Part shown: in pieces, positions 36,901 through 48,900 of the stretch
How positions within the stretch are numbered: the first letter of the stretch is position 1
Layout: every line of letters starts with the position of its first letter
Source: Amphiscolops sp. MND2022
Lineage: Eukaryota
DNA length: 64,000 nucleotides
Direction: 5' to 3'
Assembly: GCA_964187785.1 (NCBI GenBank)
Contig: OZ076409.1
Coordinates: forward strand, 99,078,001-99,142,000
Notes under the pieces: generated by a model
Told to the model about the DNA's origin: nothing
The model's database searches: none
What the model saw: the letters and a program-made list of their open reading frames with translations, nothing else
Position numbers and translations under genes: made by a program

Positions 36901-39900
36901 CGTTCCCGTCTTGTTTCTTTTTCCTATAAAGATATATTATTACGTAAAAAAGGACAGTGCCTACTGAAACCCATTTTTAGTCGGCGCTTTTCGAAGAAAA
37001 ACGCAGACTATAGTAAAGACTTCTTTTTTTGAGACCAACGAACTGACAGATTTTAAAAAGAGTTATAAATAGCTGAGCTGACTTCATTGCACTAACAGTA
37101 ACTGCAACGCTAGCTATCACTCCTGGCGCTTGGCATAGAGGTTAATTAAGCTTTTTGAGGTCTGCCAAGCAGAAGGACGTGGGTTCGAGTCCCGTCCTTG
37201 ATTAAATTTTTTTGTGCAGGTTTTTTTCGGCTTTGTGAGACCTTTTTCGCAAAGTTTTTTAATGTCTCCAAAGGGTCCACCCTTCATTTTTTTTTCTATT
37301 TTGCATAAGAATGGATGTTCAAAACCTCCCAAAGGGCCCCTTTTACAATTTTTCGGCACTATGCGACTTACCGGAGACCAAAAAATTTCAAAAAAAGTCG
37401 GATTTTTTAAAATTTTTCCTCACGCGGGTACTGTAGAAGAGAATACTTGACACTTTGAAGTCCTTTTGCTATTTTTGAGCCTTAGATATGGCGCCGACTT
37501 GGGCCGTTCCCGGCTTGTTTCATGTTGGGACAAATATGAAAGAAGCTCGTTGTTGAAAGGAGGGAGAGTTGAAGAGGGTGTCATGTACGGTGCAAGCTGC
37601 AGAGCCTTCTTGCAGCGTCACTAACAGTCGCATATATTGAAATATTGTATTGTAGGAGAAATGTATTCTATAACGGAGGTGTATTCTAAAACGGAGGTGT
37701 TTTAAATTCGGGGAGTTTAACAGACAAATATTATTGCGCTATGTCTCGAGAAACTTCGAATTTCTGACTTATTTCAGATTCTAAGGAAACAAGCGGGGAA
37801 CGGCCAAAGTCGGCGCTATATCTAAGGCTCAAAATTGTAAAAGTGGGGACCCTTCGGGCTTTTTGAAACTCCAGTTGATTGCAAAATATGAACAAAAATG
37901 AAAGGACCCTTGAGATTTTTAAAAAAACTCGGGAAAAAATTTTAAAGAGATTTTTAAAGTGTCACAGTGCCGAAAATTGTGAAAGGGGGACTCTTTGGGA
38001 TTTTTTGACATCCATTGTGTTGCAAATTATCGGAAGGGGAGACCCTTTGGTGGAATCCAAAAAAAGTCGCATAGTGCCGAAAAAATCCAAGTGGAAAACA
38101 CCAAAGGGGTCCTATGTTTTCGAGGTTCTGGACGTCGATGTTTTTGTTATGGACGAGGTTCTGGCGTTTCGAGTATGTCTTGGACGTCCGTAGTTCAAGT
38201 TGCTGTTGAACAATTGAACAAGAAAGTGGACTGATCGCGTTGAACTGACGAAAAAAACAAGCCACTGCAAAAGTCGTGCATTTTCTTCGAAAACGCTGAC
38301 TAAAAACGAAGATCAGATGCTCAATTGGACGCATTTCGGAAAATGTTCCATCTTCAGAACATTACATAATCTGAAAAACATCATGTAATGATATTTCAAC
38401 ACTAACAATTTGGATGGCAACCTTAATTGTAACAATACCAAGACAGAGTCGTCATTAAAATAGCCCAATCTGAGCATCCGGGGTTATTATTTTTTCGCCA
38501 GGCTTTAGGATCAATTAGGACCGTGCGAAGCGAAACTATATTGGTCTCCAACGGTAATGCTGGCCCAGTGTTCAAAAGGGGCAACTTTATGACGTAAATT
38601 ATACTACTTATAATTTGGAAGCGTGTTCAAACCCGGATGTGAATCTGATATGGAGAGCCTCAATTGTCAGCAACGAATCCACGGAGTTGACAGAACGAAC
38701 AACGCAGGACTGCTGGCGTAATTCTTCACGAAATTCTCATGCCCCAGTGGCAATGTTCATCTAGACGCGTAGGTTTTTTGGGCCAACATACAGGTCATTA
38801 TATCCCCAGCAAGTTATTGAGTAAACATTGGTACCGGATAAACATTGGTTCCGAGCACTTCAATCGAGCACATAATCACGGAGCTTCTCGGTTTCCAGAA
38901 TAAAGTGGACAAGCAACGTTTTCCTACGATTCATGATTCTTTTTCTATAAATCAACAGCTGAAATTTATAGGTTTCTCTACAGTAGGCAAGTGCGATACA
39001 TTGAAATTTCAATGCATGCATTCACCGATTGAGAATTGTCATTGAATTGAGGCTGGCGGCTGCATTGGCCTCAATTCAATGATTTTCTCTCAGGTAATAA
39101 GAAATCAGTATCGCTCATCGCATCCCAGTTGTGCTTGTGCCATGAGAGCGAAAAACCTCATTTCCGCCTGCCTCTTTCATGTATTGACTGTTGTCACAAC
39201 TTAATTACATGAGCTGCATTTCAGATACGCCTGTGGTCATTTATTATGGCACAGCAGCACCCAATTTGGACCTATTTCAAGAAACCCGAAGACCAAGAAC
39301 ACTGCATCTGCAAAAAATGTAATAAAAATTCAGCTGCCAAAACGCAACAGCCACAAATGCAATTAAACATATGGAACGAAAAATACAACTATCTTTACTG
39401 AATACACAAAAAACAGTACGACGAATAGAAAAAAGCGAAAAACACTCTGCATGGCGTTTTACCGAAAATTGAAGATGTTTTCGAGCAGTAATTCTTATTC
39501 CACAACAGACCCGAAAAAAAATTTTAAATACTCAAAAAGTGGCGGAAATGATTCCTGTTGATCTTCAACCATTCTGAATAGTTGAAAATAAAGTTTTCGG
39601 CGAATAACCTTGATCCGAAATACAAACTTCCCACACGTACAACAATTTCACGGTCCGTTTCACCAAAGATGTTGGAAAATTAACAGAAAAAGTTAGAGTA
39701 GCGAATATCCAGAAGGCAAAGATCTCTTCATTGGCATTTACCAGTGATCTATAGTCTTCACGAAACCAATATTCATTTATTGACTTAACTACACATTACA
39801 ATGACGACAATCATAAAAAGCATTCGTATCTACTATACTCAATATCTTCCGGAAAGGCACACTAACAATATATTAGCGAAAATTGATTACGTTCCTGACA

Positions 39901-42900
39901 CCTAACAAATTGAATCAACCAAAACGAAACTAGTGATTGATGGTCAGCAAAATGGTTCCTTCAATACCTTGTTTTGGACATACACTGCAACTGAACTCAT
40001 ACACAAATATTGACGATATCAACGCAACTCAAAATCTTCCTGACGTCATTCTAAGTGACAGAAAATGGGGATGAGTGGAGTAAAACTTGTCTCAGCCGTT
40101 GACACGAAATGGAATAGTGAATACTGGGAGAAACGTTTACTTGAAATCAAAGAACCCCTTGCGTCGGCCCTGACGGAAATAGTCAACTATTTCTCGTTCA
40201 GCCACGGAGTGTTGTCAAGTGCAAGCGCTTGATACCATTTTGCCGCTTAACAATGCAACTGTTATTTCTTCCGGTGAAAAATAAGTAACGCTCTCTACGA
40301 TTATACATATTACACACGGACTTAAACCATACTAAACTAAACGAAAACTATGCAAATATTGATGCAGATGAATTTCCAGACCAACTTTGCCCTAATTTGC
40401 AAGTCTGAAAAATCGGTTCCCCGACAAATATCTTCAAAGTAAATTTCATTGCTTTCAATGGTTGTCGACCCTCGTTTTAAAGACGTGTTGTTATCTGAGA
40501 ACGAGTAAGATGGAGCACGAAACTCACTAAAGCAAAACTATAACAAGCCGGGAACGGCCCAAGTCGGCGCCATATCTAAGGCTCAAAAATAGCAAAAGGA
40601 CTTCAAAGTGTCAAGTATTCTCTTCTACATTACCCGCTTGAGAAAAATTGGAAAAAAAAATCCAAAACTTTTAAAATTTTTTTCGAATTTTTTTGGTTTC
40701 CGGTAAGTCGCATAGTGCCGCAACATGTAAAAGGGGGCACTCTGGGAGTCTTTGAACATCCATTTTTTGCAAAATAGACAAAAAAATGACGGGTGGACCC
40801 TTTGGAGATATTTGCGAAAAAAAAGTCTCACAAAGCCGAAAAAAAATTTGCACAAAAAAAGTTTGTTCAAGGGCGGGACTCGAACCCATGTCCTTCTGCT
40901 TGGCAGACCTCAAAAAATCCGTAACCTCTATGCCAAGTGGCAGTGAAGTAGTGTGGCAGTGAAGTAGTGTGGCAGTAGTGGCAGTTTAGTGTTAGTCGGT
41001 CAACTTATAAAATTTATAAAATCTGTCAGTTCGTTGGTCTTAAAAAAAAGAAGTCACTACTATAGTCTGCGTTTTTCTTCGAAAAGCGCCGACTAAAAAA
41101 TAGGCCCTCACGACAACGTGAATTTAACAGACTTAAACGATGAAGAAATCAGACACACGGCTTCAACGGTCTGGGACGCTTTTGATAAGGCTGCACGACG
41201 CAAAGCCCGAAAAATTGCGTTTCAGCCAGTTTCCAAATCAAACATTTACGAAGACAAAGTAAAGGCCTATTTTGGTGCACCTTGCGTTTCCAGAAACATG
41301 GATCCGCTGGAATTCTGGAAAAAGAATATGACAAAATACCCGATTTATTTTCGGGCAGCCAAAAAAACTTTGGCAATTCCTGGTTCTTTTGTTCCATCTG
41401 AGCGTGTCTGATCCGATGCTGGAAACAATGTTACGGATGCCAGGCAGAGGTTGCTGCCACCAAATATCCGAATGCTTCTTTTCTTTGATGAAATAATTTG
41501 AAAATTTGAAGTAACTTTTAAATTTTCGTTTAATTTTTTTAAGTACCTCTAACTGCTTTAAACTGTTTTCCTGCATTGCATTGATTTTGCATTGAATTGC
41601 GAGCCTTTGGTCTGAATTGTATTGGCATTGAATTGATTTTGAAAAGCATGCATTGCACACCTCTACTCTACAGGCTTTCAGAGATGTTCTAAAGCGGGGT
41701 TTAGATCAATTGAAAATCATATATCACAGGATTTTGTATAGCTGACTCAGATAATTTTATGAGAAACACGGTACACGAAAACTTTGAGGAAATTTTGAGG
41801 TTGCACGCAAATTGCAAAATGCAATTGGAAACACGCAAAAATCGATGTTAAATTACCTTACACCGTCGTCAGGGTAAGCGCTAATGCCGAAAACCAAATC
41901 GAAAGCTTGAACCCAAGATCAGTGGAAAAATTTTCGTTATAGTGTTTACATTATTGCGTGAGATCAATAAAAACATTTCTCGTTGACTTGTTCTATCAGC
42001 AGTACGGCAGTATCAGTAAGGACTTCAATATAAACAAGACGCCCGCTATGCACCGGGATATTTTCCGCCTTCAATTGCCAGCGGAAATCGAAAATTTACC
42101 TCCTCCTTGGTAAAACGCAATTTACTTCGGATATAACGTCAAAAGTTCGAATATAGCGTGCTGGGATAAATGGGAACGCTTGTTTTCGAACCTCTGCCTC
42201 CTCCTTAGTAAAACGCAATGTTCAATTTAAAATGGAGTAAAAAGTGGAGTTTTGGCAGAATTTGGAAAAAAAACGCAACACAGATAATTTTCCTCCCCCT
42301 TAAATTGTGGGGGCGGAAAATAATTATCGGCAGGGCTCAGGGTACCCACCAACCTGAGATTTCTGGGATTGACAGGGGATTTTATTTTTTCAATGATGAT
42401 AAACTTGATTCATTGATTTTGTGTGAAAAAAGCAGGGTGTCCAACAACCTATTTGGTCGGGGATTTCGTTTATTTTTGTGTAGGGTTTCTGGGAAAGTCA
42501 GGGGATTTCAGTTTTGGAGAGCGGTGAGCAACCGGAGGGCTTTCAGAAATTGTGAAGATACGAGTAGAACAAGACACCCGCTGAGCACCGGGATATTTTC
42601 CGCTAAAAATGTAACGCATCAGTCCGGATTCGAACCGACGACCTCGTGTCTGCCAGGCAGACGCACTACCAACTGTGCCATGGTGACAAAGTAACTAGAA
42701 GTGAATAAGTAACCATGGTGCCATTGTTTTATTAAGTAACTAGAACACAGAGGTGAAGCGGTGCTTCGCAACACATGACGAAGACAACGATTATTTTAAT
42801 ATGCGTATATATATTATTTTAATCGCATGCGTATATATTCAACAGTTCAACTTAATTCAATACCGTCCTTATGGCACAGTGGTTAACACTTATGCCGCGC

Positions 42901-45900
42901 AATCGGGAGGCTGCAGGTTCGAATCTCTCTGGGGTTTTGGCTTTTCTCTAAAAGGCGCTTATTATGAAGTTGGCTATTGTGGAAAAAAAACTTTCTTAGC
43001 TGGACTTCGTCATGTGCAATAATCAAGTAACTAAAATATTCGAGTAGTAACTAAATGAGGTAAAACTGGGAGCAGGTTTGGCAGAATTTGAAAAAAAACG
43101 CAACACAGATCATGATTTTCCTCCCCCATTTATGGGCGGAAAATAACAAAAGTAACCTCGGTGTTCTTGATGAGTTTCTGGGTGTCGTGGATTCGTTTGA
43201 TACACTCCAAGCTCTCGTCCAGCAAGAAGGTGGTGTCATTAATCAAAAGGTTCACGAATCGCACGAATGGACCCCCACTGTTCAGAGCTTGAATCATCGA
43301 GTCCTAAACACAACCCACGATGAATCAAAATTATTCACGAGAATCATCAATAAAATCACGAGATGCATTCTAAAGTGCCAAGAACCTAGACATTTCATTC
43401 CGATAGCAGAAAATTTCAAAGTGCAATAAACCTTTTAATTTTTTGGGAAAAGTTGCCGAAATATTATTTACTGAACTTGTGATCACAGATACTTTCACCA
43501 CTCTATTTTCTCGACCTTCATCGTGAAATATTTCGAAAGAAGCTGGTGAACATAAGCTGTATTTAGCTTTTTGGGGTGATGATGTAACTTTGTGTTTCAG
43601 TTCCACGAGTTCCTTTCAGTTGGGGTTGTTCAAATGTACATCACTGGATTTCAAAATGAAATTCGAAAACTTTCAACTCCTACCATAGTAAAACCCACAC
43701 AGTATAAAAAATTTTGGTCCATTTGCCTCGCAAAAACTGAATTGCTATCATTTCATTTGGTACGTTTGTGCGGCGGGCATCACTACCTTGTGAGTGAGAT
43801 GGGCCCACATGGACTTGAAGATGATGGTGAGGTGATAGCGGATGGAGAACTTGTCGTAGAACTCGTTGCTGCTGCCCGTGCTCTCGATCGCCACGTAGAA
43901 CTGGATGAGACAGGGCGCGAAATGCGTCATGGCCTCTCTGTGCTCTATCATCTCGTTGAACAGTCTAAACAACAACATCACACAATCTGACAGCAAATGT
44001 GGTGAGATACTTGCAACATTCTTGCACATCATGTCTGACCGCAAAACCAAAAGTTGTCTCCATCATTTCACTTAATGAGTTTGCAACCAATACGATCAAA
44101 ACGACTATCAGTGATCATTATTCAGTTATTTTAAAACTACCTGAAAGCAAAAATTTTGAAAGTAAAAAAACAATCAAAGCAAGAAACGTGAAAATGCTTT
44201 GAATTTCCTATTCGTTTTATATCAAAAGTTGAAAACAATTTCACAAAATAACGCTGCAGATATACAATTTCATGAGATATCAAGAATAATACTGGAATGT
44301 GTGGATAGATTTGCTCCTGAACGGGAACTTAATTCGCACTACGATCAAAACGAGTGGATAGCAAACAAAATTAAGAATGCAATTGTAAAACGTGATGAAC
44401 TCTTCCAAAAGTGGATAAAAAGTCCGACAAGGGATAACGAACGAGCTTACAAAACATTCGGAAACAAAGTTACATCGTTGATAAGATCTGAAAAAAAGAA
44501 TGCCAATGTCAAAAAATTGGGTCCAACTACAACGTCTAAAATGATTTATAAAACTCAAAAAACTTTCAAACAACAGCAACAAAACCCGCAGAAAATGCCT
44601 GATTTGGAAAATCGGAATAAAAATTTTGCTTCTGTCGGAACGCTTCTGTCATCTAAGTTGCAATCCATTCCATTCAATTATGAATCACGAAATATCCTAA
44701 AATCAATGGTTATTCACTCTACTGCCCATTTAGAAGTTTCGAAAATAATCAAGCAGTTAAAAAATAAGAAAAGTTATGGTCATGACGGCATCAGTAATGG
44801 AATACTGAAATGTTGTTCACCTGTATTGGATTCTTTTTTAGCAGACGCCATCAATAAGGCTATTAATGAACATGTATTTCCTGAAGCATTGAATGTTGCA
44901 AAAGTCATTCCGCTATACAAGAAGGGGGATTGCGAAAAACCTGGAAACTATCAACCGATTAGTTTGCTGAGCTCAAGCAGTAAAGTTTTTGAGAAATCAC
45001 TTTATAAAAGGATTTTGAAGTTTTGTGAAAAACATAAATTGATAAGTTCTGATCAATATGGGTTTCGTTGAAATAGATCATGTGTCGATGCAATATCTAC
45101 GGTAACGGAATGTATCAGGGAAGCCATTGAAAAGAAACATACTGGACATGCCTGCTTCATAGATTTACAGAAAGCATTTGATACCCTTGACAAAAGCATT
45201 CTTTTGAAAAAGCTAATTTTTTTAGGTTTCCGTGGACCCGTCAATAATCTCCTGAAAACTTACTTGGAAAATCGAACGCAATATGTTTATCATGATGGAA
45301 AACTAACTAAAATGCAAGCACTACTAACGGGCGTACCACAAGGTTCTGTGCTGGGTCCTTTACTTTTTCTTATCTATATCAATGACCTCAGTGAAGGTAT
45401 ACACAGTAGCAAACTTGCAATATTTGCGGATGATACCAGTGTAATAAAAGCGGGTAACAGAAATGATATTTCAATTGAAGAAATAAACTCACTGACTAAC
45501 TGGTTTACAAAAAATAAATTATCGGTTAAATTGGATAAATGTGAAGTTGTTCCGTTTGGATCAGGAAAGCCACTTGAAATAACAATGATGTCCAAAAAGA
45601 TACCGTTTAATAAATCATGCAGGTGTGCATGTAGATAGTCAATTACGATTTCATGAACATATTAATCATGTTGAGAAAAAATTGAATAAAATTTGTGGAC
45701 TTATTTATAGAATTCGACATTACTACAACAAAAAATGCTTGCTAATGTTTTACAATAGCTTTGCAAAATCTGTTATTTGTTATGGACTTTTGATATACGG
45801 GACATCAGCAAGAAGCAATCTCAAAACAACAGAAATGGCCCAACGTAGAATTTTGAGAGGCATTTTTTCAGAAAAAAGTATGATCCCATAAGCAACATAC

Positions 45901-48900
45901 TACGTCGGAATGGAGTACTAACCGTTTTTGAACTCTACATTGTTGAAGTAATGAAGGAATTGTTCCGACAACTACAATCAAAATAACCTAATTTGCACCT
46001 CTCAAACATTGAAGCTTCCACGAATGACAAAATCGAAAGATCTAAGTTGAAAAATAATTTACCGCTCAAATGGAGTAGGACGATAGTGAAATGTCTTACC
46101 AATGTTTTGATAAAATGTTATAATTGGCTGAAACAATTCAATCTTTTAAGTGAAGACCTTGCGACAATGCGTAAAACTCAAACTATGAAATTAACACAGA
46201 CAATTATTTCGTTATATGTTGTTAATAATGAGCAATTTGTGACCTTATTTTTCTAGGAAGTAGTAATTTTCTGTTCCTCTTCGTTTATCTTTCTCCTAAC
46301 TGAAAGGGTACCTAACTGGTTTTCAAGGGTGGGAACTCGAAGAGCTATGAAGCTCCTTTTCCATCCCGATTGGATAACAATTCATCTTTGTATGAAATAG
46401 ATTATAATATTATTTAATATCTCTATCCAATTAAATTAACTTATCTTATCTTATGTCTGATACTTGTATGTTCCACTTCTGCAAGATTCTTGCGGGAAAC
46501 GTCTAAATCTGCGAGAAATGTCTCATCTGACAGAATCTGACAGGTTCGTCTGAAATGTAAGACACTTGCAAGATTCTTGCGGATAATGTCTGATAAATTC
46601 CACTTCTGCAAGACTCTTGAAAGAAATGTATGGCGGCAGTTCGAATAGGGCATATACACATCCATACATCCCAAATATAAAATAGGTCCCTCCCGGGCAC
46701 ACTATTATTTTTGCTTTAATCTTTCATTAAAAAGAGAATCACATCTCGAGTATCAATTCACTCCTGTTTAATCATTCATTATTTAGCGCCAAATTAATCA
46801 CTGTACCAGTTTATACTGCCTTAAAATCTTGGACTAAAGCAAATATAACTACTAAGCGTAGACGAAGTTTCGCAATCGCATTTCAATGCAGGCGAAGCTC
46901 TCAACGAACGAATAATTAACATCATTCGCATCATCTCAATAACTCGGCGTACGAAAGCATAATTACCACTCGCTCGTTCAATGGCACGAGAATCGAATTG
47001 TTGAGAAATTTAATTCTCACGCTTGCATTCACTGCCGAACAAAATATCTGAATTCTTCAGTATTACGACACAAATTTTACTGAAAAAAGTTGAAATCTTG
47101 AAATTTCAATAATATTCCTGCTATCGCTCAAATACTACATAAGTGCAGGAGCGAAGTGAAGCGGAGCGACGTGCCACTACTGGTCCAGCGGCTGGTTTTG
47201 ACGAAGGCCGACCTGGAGTGGCGCAGAAGTGTTTACATTCATATAAAATATATTCTCTTACAAGTGAAATATTTTTCTTCACAAACAAAATGTTCTTTCG
47301 TCTTTGGGGGCAATTCGAAACAGGGTGTGCCGGGAGTAAATAAGAATTATGGTCCAATCTACATTAGAAGCAAATTGCACGCGAGAAAAAACCTGGAAAA
47401 CCAGTTTGTGACTCCAATTGAATAATTATCACTTTTTATTTCCAAGCGATGTATCATTGACAAACAGTTTCATATATGGTGATCCGAAAAGTGATGAGAA
47501 GTGGATCAGGTAGTATTTAACAGTTTAATACCTGACAGTAGAAGGTTGCACGGCTGGGTTCAAGTAGTATATGATCTCTATCATCTTGGCAACCAGGTAC
47601 GGGTTGGATATGTAGTTGGAACTGCAGGAGAAGGTCACCAGGAAGTTGACCAGCGACCGGGAACTCACGGGGTCCTGCGAGAGGATGTGGGGTCCGTGTT
47701 GCACCATGAACGAGACGAAGTCAGAGATGTCCTCGATCACAAAGGCCGGGAACGAGGCGAATGCTTGGGGCACCTCCGGGGAAAGGGGCAGGGAGGGTGA
47801 CTCCACCTTGCCCGTGCACCCCATGTGGGGAGAGGCACTGGTACTGCCAGACACCAGGGAAAGAAGCAAGTCCATGACCTACAAGAGCACAAATCAGTAT
47901 TTACAGTATTTATTCCAATTGAAGACGATACCTCATGTAAGCCTTTTTAAATAGTTGAAATACCGTCATACGCCACCATCAAACTGAACCTGGAAAAAAG
48001 CTCAAAACGTTTTTAAAAGGATGGCATAGAAGGGAATATGTGTTGTCAATGCTCCTTTCTCATCCTTATTTGATATTTTGTACATGAAGTATTTCATTCA
48101 TTGAACTGATTTACTTTTAATATCCAACTGAATTGAATTCACTTTTGTTACCCCGTAGGGTGTACAAAACTCAAAATTTCAAGTTTACAGCGGACTCGTT
48201 CGGGGACCATTTACAATACATACTGAGGGGCGTTAATCTTACGGTGCTTGTCAGGTTCATCAGTTGGTCAAGTTTCAGAAGACTGGGGTTTTGTTGATAG
48301 CAGATATTTTGTAACCAGTACAGACCAGTAAAAACTCACATGATTATTATAGAGTGGACAATCCGTTTCTTTTACCTGTATATTTTTTCCTGACCTCTGT
48401 TATAACCAGTGCAGCACATCGAAATCTACTCTAAATTCAATTCTATCTTTTGTCTTAACAAATGGCTTGTAAAAACATATGGCTCTATTCGATGTTTGTA
48501 TTTAAATGAAACCTGCACTCAGCAGAGTGAGTTATTTTTCACTGATGTGTTCCACTGTTGTATTGACACATCGTGTAGCTTATTCTCGGTATATTCTTTA
48601 AAGTGAGCAACACTAAGTTTCGATATAATGATAATTTCATACCCAATGAAATTAAACTTTCACTACGTCACAACGTTGAAGATAGTGGTAGGATCTATAA
48701 CAGAACGGTAAAAATGCAGAATAAATTTATAGCAGAACAGAATCGAAAACAATAACTTCAAGTTAACTTTCCGAGAGACTGTCAATTTCGTTGGGTCACG
48801 TGACGTATTATTACGTCACAACGTTGAGGAGCATACATGTACCTTGGCGTAGTACTACAAGACGTTGGGCACAATTCATTTTATAAACTCTATTTCAGGT

